From the NCBI GenBank assembly GCA_036479435.1, contig JAZGFI010000027.1, positions 1 through 46,196 on the forward strand: a DNA stretch of 46,196 bases, in the 5' to 3' direction. The notes beneath the pieces are model-generated. The model had not been told where the DNA came from and did not search any database. It saw only the letters and a list, made by a program, of their open reading frames with translations. Position 1 is the stretch's first letter. Every line of letters starts with the position of its first letter. A program made the translations under genes and the position numbers. Origin of the DNA: Planctomycetota bacterium. GTDB lineage: Bacteria > Planctomycetota > GCA-002687715 > DRQF01. Below, piece after piece: positions 18,648 through 27,239 of the stretch.

Positions 18648-20357
18648 GTGCGGACACAAATTCTTGAGATCATCGAGCAGTCGGGGAAAATCGACGACCG
18701 TACGCTCCAAGATTGCATACGCATGGAGCGGGAAACCGGCCAATCGCTGGACAAGATCATCCAGCGACGCGGCTTGCTCACCGAAGAGGCCTTTAACGAG
18801 CTCTACGGCAAATCCACCGGCATCAGCTTCATCGAGTTGCTGAAAGACGTCAGCGTTCCCGAAGTCTTTATCGATCGAGTGCCACAGCAGTTTGCCCGCA
18901 ACTACACCTTGGTCGGCATCGAATCCGACGGCTCGACGATAAAAGTAGCGACTTGCAACCCGCTCGATGTCTACCCCTTGGACGACCTCGCCTCGATTCT
19001 CGATCTCGAAGTCGAGCCTGTCTTGGCGCCGCGATCTGAGATCACGACGCTGATCAACCGCGCCTACCGCGACAAAGCAGACGTTGTCGACGAGGTCATC
19101 GACGACCTTGAAGACCCGGATTACGACGAAATAGCGAGCATGGTCTCCGACTCGGAAGACCTGCTCAACGTCGCCAACCGCGCCCCGATTATTCGCCTGG
19201 TCAACATGATCTTGTTCCAGGCTCTCAAGATGCGCGCCTCGGATGTCCACATTCAGCCCTACGAGGACAAAGTCCAGATTCGGTACCGGATTGACGGCGT
19301 GCTGTACGATATGGAATCGCCGCCGAAAAGCGTCCATGAAGCCATCGTGTCTCGCGTCAAAGTCATGGCGAAGATGGACATCGCCGAGCGCCGCATTCCC
19401 CAGGATGGCCGCGCGTCGATCAAGATCGGCGACTCAGAAGTTGACGTCCGTATTTCATCGGTGCCGACCAACTACGGCGAGCGCATTGTGATGCGCATTC
19501 TCGACAAAAGCCAAGGCATCTTCAATCTCGACCAACTGGGACTGAACAAAGATCAACGCGAGTTGATGGACCAAGTGGTGCAGCTATCGCACGGCGTGAT
19601 CTTCGTCACCGGCCCAACGGGTTCGGGTAAGTCAACGACGCTCTACTCGATTTTGAATCAGATCAACTCTCAAGACAAAAACGTCATCACGATTGAAGAT
19701 CCGATCGAGTATCACCTCGCTGGCATTAGCCAGATTCAGGTCAGCAACAAAAAGGGCCTGACCTTCGCGGCCGGGCTTCGATCTTTGTTGCGCCAAGACC
19801 CTGACATCATGATGGTCGGGGAAGTTCGCGATGAGGAGACGGCGCGCATTACCATCCAAGCTGCCCTCACCGGTCACTTGGTATTTTCAACTTTGCACAC
19901 CAATGACGCCGCCAGCGCCGTGTCGCGAATGTTGGATATCGGTCTAGAACCTTATCTCGTCGCTTCTTCGTTGGTCATGATTATCGCGCAGCGCCTCGTG
20001 CGCCGCGTTTGCCCGGACTGCAAAGAACTCGTTACGCCGGATCATGCGCAGCTTCGCGACATGACCAGTCTCGGCATTACGACTAGCGACTTGCCGAATG
20101 GCAAACTGTCGCTCGGCCGCGGCTGCGACATGTGCTTCAACACCGGCTACACTGGACGGATCGCCATTTACGAAATGCTGCCTATCGTCGAAGATGCCAA
20201 AGAACTGATCGTCGAACGAGCCAGCGCCAGCAAGATCAAGATAGCTGCCCAAAAGCGCGGCATGAAGACACTCCGCCAGGACGGCATCACGAAGATCATT
20301 GCGGGAACAACTTCGGTTGACGAGATCCTTCGCGTGACGCAGATGGACATCGAATAA
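18648..20357 (+). CDS. gspE: type II secretion ATPase
   Basis: RASDVHIQP, ERRIPQDG, GPTGSGKSTT, TIEDPIEY, LRQDPDIMMVGEVRD, STLHTND, CxxC...CxxC; GTG start with SD AAAGGAG. Confidence 0.95.
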   Translation: MRTQILEIIEQSGKIDDRTLQDCIRMERETGQSLDKIIQRRGLLTEEAFNELYGKSTGISFIELLKDVSVPEVFIDRVPQQFARNYTLVGIESDGSTIKVATCNPLDVYPLDDLASILDLEVEPVLAPRSEITTLINRAYRDKADVVDEVIDDLEDPDYDEIASMVSDSEDLLNVANRAPIIRLVNMILFQALKMRASDVHIQPYEDKVQIRYRIDGVLYDMESPPKSVHEAIVSRVKVMAKMDIAERRIPQDGRASIKIGDSEVDVRISSVPTNYGERIVMRILDKSQGIFNLDQLGLNKDQRELMDQVVQLSHGVIFVTGPTGSGKSTTLYSILNQINSQDKNVITIEDPIEYHLAGISQIQVSNKKGLTFAAGLRSLLRQDPDIMMVGEVRDEETARITIQAALTGHLVFSTLHTNDAASAVSRMLDIGLEPYLVASSLVMIIAQRLVRRVCPDCKELVTPDHAQLRDMTSLGITTSDLPNGKLSLGRGCDMCFNTGYTGRIAIYEMLPIVEDAKELIVERASASKIKIAAQKRGMKTLRQDGITKIIAGTTSVDEILRVTQMDIE

Positions 20358-20361
20358 CGCC

Positions 20362-21573
20362 ATGCCGATTTTCGAGTACCGAGCCTACGACGAAAGTGGC
20401 AATACGCGAGCGGGCATTGTCGATGCTGACACCGCAGCGGCCGCGCGTCTCAAACTTCGGGCGGATCGAGTTCACGTTTTTGAGATTGAAGAGCTTAAAG
20501 AAGGCAAGGGCTCAGGCTCGACGCGCAAGTTTCGCCTGAAGCGCAATGCCGTCGGCGAGCTCGCCATCGTCACCCGACAATTCGCGACGCTGCTCAATGC
20601 GGGGATTCCGGTCGTCGATGCCTTGAAGGCGCTCATCGACCAAGTCGAAAGTCGCGACATGGAGCAGGTCTTTCGCGACGTGCGGGAAAAAGTCACTCAA
20701 GGACTGACGATCGGAGAGGCGATCGGAAACCACCCGACGTTTTTTAGCGAGCTCTACATCAACATGGTCAAGGCCGGCGAGGCTTCGGGCAACCTCGATG
20801 AGATCATGAAGCGCCTCGCCGATTACCTGCAGAAACAAAACCGGGTCCGCAACAAAGTTAGTGCGGCGATGGCCTACCCCATCATCATGATTGCGGTTGG
20901 CGTCATCGTGGTATCGGTCTTGCTCACAGTCGTCGTGCCGAAAATTCAAAACATCTTCCGCGAAACGGACCGGACCTTGCCCGGCATCACCAAGCTGCTG
21001 ATCTTCATGTCGGAGTTCATGCTCAGTTGGTGGTGGGCGCTCGGGACAGTCGCAATTGGTGGATTCATCTTGTTCAAGGTCTGGGCGCGCTCTGAAAAGG
21101 GCTCGATGCGCTGGCATACGATTTTGATGAAAATTCCGGTGTTCGGCATCCTCTACCGCAAGCAGGCCATCGCGCGCTTTGCGACCACGATGGCCACTTT
21201 GCTCCGATCGGGCCTTCCGGTCCTGCAATGCCTCACCATCGTGCAGAATGTCGTTCAGAATAAACTCATGGCGAAGGCCGTGGGCGACATCCACGATTCC
21301 ATCCTCGAGGGCACCGACATCGCAACACCACTGGCCAAGACGGGAATCTTTCCGCCAATGGTGGGTTATATGGTCGCAACCGGCGAACAGTCTGGACAGT
21401 TGGAGGAGATCCTTTTTAAGGTCTCCGAGGCCTACGATGAAGAGGTCGACGTCGCGACGCAAAAGATGACATCGATGATGGAACCTCTTATCATTGTGAT
21501 ACTTGCGGTCGTCGTTGGGTTTATCGTACTCGCGATCGTGATCCCGATGATCCAGATGAGTGGGCTTCAATAA
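20362..21573 (+). CDS. gspF: type II secretion inner membrane platform protein
   Basis: TRQFATLLNAGIP, AGEASGNL, AMAYP, GEQSGQLE, EPLII. Confidence 0.95.
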   Translation: MPIFEYRAYDESGNTRAGIVDADTAAAARLKLRADRVHVFEIEELKEGKGSGSTRKFRLKRNAVGELAIVTRQFATLLNAGIPVVDALKALIDQVESRDMEQVFRDVREKVTQGLTIGEAIGNHPTFFSELYINMVKAGEASGNLDEIMKRLADYLQKQNRVRNKVSAAMAYPIIMIAVGVIVVSVLLTVVVPKIQNIFRETDRTLPGITKLLIFMSEFMLSWWWALGTVAIGGFILFKVWARSEKGSMRWHTILMKIPVFGILYRKQAIARFATTMATLLRSGLPVLQCLTIVQNVVQNKLMAKAVGDIHDSILEGTDIATPLAKTGIFPPMVGYMVATGEQSGQLEEILFKVSEAYDEEVDVATQKMTSMMEPLIIVILAVVVGFIVLAIVIPMIQMSGLQ

Positions 21574-21877
21574 GCCCGGGATGCGGCCCGCGTTGGGATC
21601 AATCTTTGACGCGGGAACGATTTCTGCCGGATTCTCTAGGAATCCGAGGCAAAATGGAGCGTCAAAGGAGCCCTGGCTCGCCCCTCAAGGCGAAAAAAGG
21701 CGGCTCCGCGAGGTCACTCACGAGAAACGCTCGTGAGACGAAACACAAAGGGCACTTGGGCCCACCATCCCCAAAGGACGAAATAATCCCATGCGAAGCA
21801 TTCATGTCCAAAGCACTCAGGATCAGAGCATTCTTAGCGAAAACAGCCATGACGGGCGCCCACAGAGCCGAAGCAAC

Positions 21878-22279
21878 ATGAAGAACCGGGCCGCCGGCTT
21901 TACCTTGATCGAACTCATGGTCGTCATCGTGATCCTCGGCCTCTTGGCAGGATTTGGCGCGGTGCAGTTTTTCGGTTCTTTGGCCGACTCCAAAGTCAAT
22001 GTCGCCAAAGGTCTGTGCAACGAAATCGAAAAATCGATTGGCGAGTACACCATCCGCAAGAGCGTCACGCCCTCAGAAGACGAGATCCTCGACATCATGC
22101 TGGAAGATCGAGTCCTCAAAAAGAACAAGATGACCGATCCCTGGGGCGAGCTCTACTTCGTCAAGATCAATGAGCACAACGAGTACATGGTGTTCTCCCG
22201 AGGCAAAGACAAGACCGAAGGCACCGAAGACGATATTGGATCGGCGGGGCTCGTGTCTGAAACCAGCGAAGACTTCTAG
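21878..22279 (+). CDS. gspG: major pseudopilin
   Basis: Class III signal G|FTLIELMVVIVILGLLA, DPWG motif, SRGKDKTEGTEDDI; start likely ATG 21878. Confidence 0.88.
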   Translation: MKNRAAGFTLIELMVVIVILGLLAGFGAVQFFGSLADSKVNVAKGLCNEIEKSIGEYTIRKSVTPSEDEILDIMLEDRVLKKNKMTDPWGELYFVKINEHNEYMVFSRGKDKTEGTEDDIGSAGLVSETSEDF

Positions 22280-22309
22280 GCCTTAATTATTGCCGTCAAA
22301 GACCAAACC

Positions 22310-22936
22310 ATGATGAACCGCCGCCAAAACTCGAACGCCGCCGCAGGCTTTACCCTGATCGAACTGATGATCGTCATTTTGATCATTGGCATCGCGGCGG
22401 GTTATGGCGCGGTGAACTACGGCGGCATGACCGAAGAGCAGCAATTGAACTCCACGGTCAGAGAGTTTGTGGGCGAGTATCGCAGGTTGCGCGCCTTTGC
22501 CGCTAAAGAGCGGCGCGAGTGTTGGCTTGAGTTCAACATTCAAGACGGTGAGTACCGCGTCACGATCTACCCCCTCCGCGACGAAGTAGGCAACTTCATC
22601 GATGCCAATGGCGAGATCATTCCCGACGACGAGGTCTCGGATCGCATCGACGATCAGCCCTACCGACGGATTGAGAGAAAAGTTTTCATCAAAGACATTC
22701 AGGCGCCGGGACCCGACGGCAACGAGAAGTTTGACGCCGACTATTGGCTGAAGTTTCGCGAAGACGGAACCATCCCCCACCACATCGTTCACTTCGAAAC
22801 CCAGGGCGGTATCGAGGTTTCATTGATTGTGGATGAGATTACCGGGACGGTTTCGGTCGCCGAAGGCTACGTCGAAGTCTACAGCCCGCAGGAAGAGGAT
22901 TTTGAAAGCCTCGCGGGTGAGAGTGCCGATCGATGA
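22310..22936 (+). CDS. gspH: minor pseudopilin (GspH/FimT-like)
   Basis: G|FTLIELMIVILII; KFREDGT; C-terminal VDEITGTVSV. Confidence 0.78.
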   Translation: MMNRRQNSNAAAGFTLIELMIVILIIGIAAGYGAVNYGGMTEEQQLNSTVREFVGEYRRLRAFAAKERRECWLEFNIQDGEYRVTIYPLRDEVGNFIDANGEIIPDDEVSDRIDDQPYRRIERKVFIKDIQAPGPDGNEKFDADYWLKFREDGTIPHHIVHFETQGGIEVSLIVDEITGTVSVAEGYVEVYSPQEEDFESLAGESADR

Positions 22937-22976
22937 TGCCAAGAGCTGGGTCTAAGAGAACTAGGAGCCGTCGCAC

Positions 22977-23747
22977 ATGATAACCATCGCAACGAAAAAT
23001 CCTGGCGGACAAGCTGGGCTCACTCTCATGGAAGTGTTGGTCGCACTGTTGATTCTTTCAACTTGTGCACTACCGCTTTTGATTGCGCTTGGAGACGCCC
23101 AAAGCCAGATCGCACGCTCGAAACACCGGCGCACGATGAAACAACTCTTGGAGTACAAGCTCTCGCACATTCTCTTGGACCGCCCTGCCGAAGGTGAAGA
23201 TCCGATCTACGTTGAGGCAGCGGAAGGTAACTTTGGCGAGGACTTCTCCAACGACCCCGACAAGGCCTACTGGTTTGACGAAAGCCTCTACTTCTACAAC
23301 TACCGCATCGACTCCGAAGAGATTGACCTCGGCAGTGCGGGAGGTTTGACCGGCGACGAAGAAGAGGAAGCGCAAAAACAACGCGATCGCGAGCGAGATG
23401 ATGCTGGAGGCAATCCCTTTGGCGGCGCTGAGGCCGAAGAGCAAGAAGAAGACCTCAGCCAACTGAGATACCGCGTCACGCTCACGATCGAGTACTTGCC
23501 CGGTAACGCGAACTTCGCGCAACACATGTCCATTGTGACCTATGTCCGTCACCCGCACCAAAGCGAAGCCATGAGCGGTCCCGACGCCCGCGGCGGCGGG
23601 CCCGGAGGACCCGGCGGACTGGGTGGCGCAGACGGTGATCCAAGCGGGCAAGATGGAGCGCAGCCCGGGGCGGGGTCGAACCTAACCGGGGGTGGCGGAT
23701 CGACGAGTACGGTAACCGGGACCTCCCCGGTAAGAGAGAGACGCTAA
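22977..23747 (+). CDS. gspI: minor pseudopilin (GspI/PilV-like) with acidic insert and Gly-rich tail
   Basis: G|LTLMEVLVALLIL; YRVTLTIEY; position in cluster. Confidence 0.68.
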   Translation: MITIATKNPGGQAGLTLMEVLVALLILSTCALPLLIALGDAQSQIARSKHRRTMKQLLEYKLSHILLDRPAEGEDPIYVEAAEGNFGEDFSNDPDKAYWFDESLYFYNYRIDSEEIDLGSAGGLTGDEEEEAQKQRDRERDDAGGNPFGGAEAEEQEEDLSQLRYRVTLTIEYLPGNANFAQHMSIVTYVRHPHQSEAMSGPDARGGGPGGPGGLGGADGDPSGQDGAQPGAGSNLTGGGGSTSTVTGTSPVRERR

Positions 23748-24934
23748 TGGCTCCATTGAAGCCCACAACATCGATCCAAGCCTCAAGTCGAGGCTTTACG
23801 CTCATCGAGGTCATGGTCGCTATCATGGTCACCGGTATTCTTTTCACCGGTTTCTTCTCGATCATCCGCACCGCCATCAACATGCAGCTCATGGTGCGCG
23901 AGTTCAGCGACGCCGAGCGGATGGGGCCAGCGATCCTCTCCCAGATCTCCGAAGACCTCCGCAACGCCTACTTTTATAACCTCGAGAACAACGATTGCTT
24001 TGAAGGCAAAAAGATCGAACGCGGCAACGACTCGCGCATGGACCAGATCCATTTTCTGACGACCCGCACTTCGCTCGTGGCGGATGAAGCCATCCCCAGT
24101 AACGCTGATTTGGACATTGGCCGCGGCAGTCCGCTGAGCGAGGTCAGCTACATGCTGCGCGAGTCCAAAAACGGCTACTTCGAGCTGTGCCGCCGCGAGC
24201 AGCCCTTCATCGATGAGCATCCCTTCAAGGGCGGTTATTTCCGCCTGATCTGCGACCGCATCTTGAGTTTCAAAGTCCAATACACCGGCTGGGACTTCGG
24301 AGAGAGCGACGACTCCCCTTTCGGCGACAACGACCGTGGCCGCGACAATACCGACACTCCTAGTTCTGGCAGTGCTGGAAGCGCGGGTTCAAACGGCAGC
24401 AATGGCGCCATCGCCGGAGCCAACGGCAAAGGCAACGGCAACGGCAACGAAGAAAACGAAAACGGCGACAACGAGGACGAAAACGGCGAGTTGGTCTGGG
24501 AGGACGACTGGTCGGCCCGCGACCGCGGCTCAATGCCCGTTGCCGTCAAGATCGAACTCGTCCTCTCGCCCGATGTCGATCCCGCGGTCATGCGACGCAT
24601 GACTCACGATGGCCGTGACGGCGAACTAGAAAAGTCCTACCTGCACATCATCCTCTTGCCTCAGTACCGCGAAGATCCCGAATCAACGCGCGCAACTTCG
24701 AGCTGGCAAGGCAACGTCGCCGAACCCCAAGCAGGCACCACCGGAGTCGCGGGTGGCCTCAACGGCCGCGGGGCCCGCGGCGGAGGAGCCAACGGTCAAC
24801 GCGGAGCTCGTGGAGACCAAAATGGACGCGGCAACGGCAACCGAGGCAACACCGGCACCAACATCCTCGGCGGCAGCCGCGGCAACAACGGCGGAAACAA
24901 CCGCCTCGCCGACATCCTCCGCGGCGGCGGCTAA
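23747..24934 (+). CDS. gspJ: minor pseudopilin (GspJ-like) with Gly/Asn/Arg-rich regions
   Basis: G|FTLIEVMVAI, ISEDLRNA, EVSY, W..DW...MPVAVKIEL; TAATG coupling to the upstream gene. Confidence 0.78.
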   Translation: MAPLKPTTSIQASSRGFTLIEVMVAIMVTGILFTGFFSIIRTAINMQLMVREFSDAERMGPAILSQISEDLRNAYFYNLENNDCFEGKKIERGNDSRMDQIHFLTTRTSLVADEAIPSNADLDIGRGSPLSEVSYMLRESKNGYFELCRREQPFIDEHPFKGGYFRLICDRILSFKVQYTGWDFGESDDSPFGDNDRGRDNTDTPSSGSAGSAGSNGSNGAIAGANGKGNGNGNEENENGDNEDENGELVWEDDWSARDRGSMPVAVKIELVLSPDVDPAVMRRMTHDGRDGELEKSYLHIILLPQYREDPESTRATSSWQGNVAEPQAGTTGVAGGLNGRGARGGGANGQRGARGDQNGRGNGNRGNTGTNILGGSRGNNGGNNRLADILRGGG

Positions 24935-25025
24935 CCTGCTATACGGCGTCAGACTAAATTCTCCCGCTTTTTTAGGCCAGGCCTAAAAAAGCGGGAGAAT
25001 TTAGTCTGACGCCGTATAGCAGGTT
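24933..25025. repeat. perfect 93-bp palindrome (46-bp arms, 1-nt centre); REP/MITE-like, may also act as bidirectional terminator
   Basis: AACCTGCTATACGGCGTCAGACTAAATTCTCCCGCTTTTTTAGGCC-A-GGCCTAAAAAAGCGGGAGAATTTAGTCTGACGCCGTATAGCAGGTT, checked base by base. Confidence 0.95.
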
Positions 25026-26296
25026 TATTTTGGTTCGAGGATTTCTTGGCCGCCCATGTAGGGCTGAAGGGCTTGGGGAATCTTGATGGAGCCGTCTTTT
25101 TGTTGGTGGTTTTCCAACAGGGGGATCAACACTCGGGGCGAGGCAATGACCGTGTTGTTGAGGGTGTGGCAAAAGCGAACTTTGCCCTCGGAATCGCGGT
25201 AGCGTAGATCGAGGCGGCGCGCTTGGAACTCGTAGAAGCGGCTTGCGCTGTGGGTTTCCGAGTAGCTTTGGCGCGAGGGCATCCAGGTTTCGATATCGAA
25301 CTTTTGCACCTGCCCCGCCCCGAGATCACCGCCACAGACATTGACAACGCGGTAGGGCAATTCGAGCTTTTGAAGCACGGCTTCGGCGTTGTTGAGGATT
25401 TCCTCGTGAAGCACCTTCGATTGCTCTTCGTCGTTGGGCGCCAACACGACCTGTTCAATCTTTTGAAACTGGTGAATCCGGTAAAGGCCCTTCGTGTCGC
25501 GACCAGCGGCTCCCGCTTCACGGCGATAGCAGTTTGACCACCCACAAACTTTGATGGGCAAGTCCGCTTCGTCGAGAATCTCGCCGCGGTGGAATGCCGT
25601 CAAGGGGACTTCGGAGGTACCAATGAGGTAAAGATCATCACGTTCGGTGCAGTAGGCCTGATCCTCGCCGCCAGGGAAATACCCGGTGCCGGTCATGGTC
25701 TCGTGCCGCACAAGGTTGGGGACGATCATCGGGGTGTAACCGCGCTCGACCATGTAGTCTAGGGCCATTCGCAGGACCGAGAACTCCAGCAAGCAGGCGG
25801 CGTTGCGCAAAAAGTAAGTGCGGCTGCCAGCAATCTTTGAGGCGCGCTCGAACTCCAGCATGTCGTGAAGCTCGCCAAGCTCAAGATGTGACTTCGGTTC
25901 AAAGTCGAACTTCGGCAACTCGCCGTTGCTGCGCAACTCGACGTTCTCGGTGTCATCAGCGCCGTCGGGTACTTCGGGAGCCGGCAAGTTGGGCACCTGC
26001 AACATCAGCGCATGCAGTTGCTGCTCGATCTCCTTTGACGAAGACACCAGAGCCTTTTGCTCGTCACCAAGCGCCTTCATGGCCGCGATCGTTTGCTTTT
26101 TCGCGTCTCCATCAAGCTTAGGAATCTCCTTCGTCTTAGCATTCTGCTCGGCCTTTTTGGATTCGGCGTCGAACTTGATGCGCCGGATCTCGGCGTCGAG
26201 TTCGAGAATCCGATCCACGTCGCAGGCAATACGTTTCTTTGAGGCCCCGGCTTTCACCAGTTCCGCATGTTGACGAATGAACTTCAGATCCAGCAT
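25025..26296 (-). CDS. serS: serine--tRNA ligase
   Basis: MLDLKFIR, N-terminal coiled coil, LYLIGTSEVPL, CYRREAG, GLYRIHQFQKIE, HTLNNT. Confidence 0.97.
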   Translation of the reverse strand: MLDLKFIRQHAELVKAGASKKRIACDVDRILELDAEIRRIKFDAESKKAEQNAKTKEIPKLDGDAKKQTIAAMKALGDEQKALVSSSKEIEQQLHALMLQVPNLPAPEVPDGADDTENVELRSNGELPKFDFEPKSHLELGELHDMLEFERASKIAGSRTYFLRNAACLLEFSVLRMALDYMVERGYTPMIVPNLVRHETMTGTGYFPGGEDQAYCTERDDLYLIGTSEVPLTAFHRGEILDEADLPIKVCGWSNCYRREAGAAGRDTKGLYRIHQFQKIEQVVLAPNDEEQSKVLHEEILNNAEAVLQKLELPYRVVNVCGGDLGAGQVQKFDIETWMPSRQSYSETHSASRFYEFQARRLDLRYRDSEGKVRFCHTLNNTVIASPRVLIPLLENHQQKDGSIKIPQALQPYMGGQEILEPK

Positions 26297-26314
26297 GTTC
26301 GCTCCTCGGTCGAC

Positions 26315-27130
26315 CTATTCGGTCGTCACGCTTTTTGGTTTCGCCCGGGCTCGGGCGAGGAATTCTGTCATTCCCTGCTCTTCCAAGGCACCCAGTCGAA
26401 ACTGAATGCGATCTTGGAGATAGGCGATCGCAACCCCGCGATCGACCGCCAAGGGCTCGGCAAAGGCATCGACAATGTCGGGCAATTGCTTCAGACCTTG
26501 CTCCAGGGCGGCACGAAATCGCTCGGGCAGCCAAGGATGGCGATTCAACAGGTCTTCCTTCAAGCCCCAGACCGCAAAAACAAATGGGAATCCCGTCTGA
26601 CGGCGCCAAGCCTCGGCGAGGTCGATCCGCTCAAAACCTGGGGGGGCAGCGAGACCAAGGGCTCGATCCCCGATCACGAGCACACCATCGGCCCTTGCCT
26701 CATCGCCCGAAAATGCCTCTGTGGGGTTCGCAGAGCGGTAGTGAATCCGGCGGGGGTCGACACCCTCAAAATCCTCGAGGAAGATCCTCGTCAGCATCTG
26801 AGAGCTTCGGGAGCAAGGGTCTAAGCGCAAATCTAAGCGTAGGTCAGGTGAGGCCTGAGCCGCCGTCAGCGCGCCCTTTCGCAGGTAGAGAAAGACACTG
26901 TCCACCGCGCCCCGAGCCGCGATACAAAGGCCTGGAAGGTAGCTCAGAGACTCATCCTCGAGCAAGGTGACGCAGGGCACGAGCCCTAAGTCTGCCCTTT
27001 GATCCAATAGCTTTCGCGCCACCTCCGCGGGAGGGCAAGGATCTAGCTGTAGGCGCGAGTCGGACTCAAGGTCGGCAATCAAAGGCCGCGCATTGAGATA
27101 GGAGACGGCGGCGACGCGAAGCGGGCGCAT
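26315..27130 (-). CDS. mqnA: chorismate dehydratase (futalosine menaquinone pathway)
   Basis: VSYLNARPL, GAVDSV, SRSS, LVIGDRAL, DLAEAWRRQTGFPFVFAVW; start likely ATG 27130. Confidence 0.9.
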   Translation of the reverse strand: MRPLRVAAVSYLNARPLIADLESDSRLQLDPCPPAEVARKLLDQRADLGLVPCVTLLEDESLSYLPGLCIAARGAVDSVFLYLRKGALTAAQASPDLRLDLRLDPCSRSSQMLTRIFLEDFEGVDPRRIHYRSANPTEAFSGDEARADGVLVIGDRALGLAAPPGFERIDLAEAWRRQTGFPFVFAVWGLKEDLLNRHPWLPERFRAALEQGLKQLPDIVDAFAEPLAVDRGVAIAYLQDRIQFRLGALEEQGMTEFLARARAKPKSVTTE

Positions 27131-27178
27131 AGCTCGGCTCGGAACTCCGAATTCGGGTGATGACAGGAAGGAAAGAAC

Positions 27179-27217
27179 AAGAACCCTCGCCGCCAAAAAC
27201 TAGCGACAAGGGTTCTT
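27179..27217 (-). terminator. rho-independent terminator after the large secreted protein gene
   Basis: AAGAACCCT...AGGGTTCTT stem with T-rich tracts on both strands. Confidence 0.6.
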
Positions 27218-27239
27218 TTTGAAAGCTATCGACAGGGCC

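Noticed and set aside
16143..21570. Long antisense ORFs (16143-17636, 18534-19337, 20512-21570)
   Set aside because: Shadows of gspD/E/F caused by GC3 bias; no motifs
21591..21790. c-di-GMP riboswitch or hammerhead ribozyme upstream of gspG
   Set aside because: GEMM core (GGCAAA...GAAA...GACGCAAA) and hammerhead CUGANGA are not present in the required arrangement
24933..25025. CRISPR repeat or plain terminator
   Set aside because: No spacer-repeat periodicity and no cas genes; the stem is far too long and the U-tracts are internal for a simple terminator
24753..25172. Two small ORFs both ending NLLYGVRLNSPAFLG
   Set aside because: Artefact of reading the palindrome on both strands
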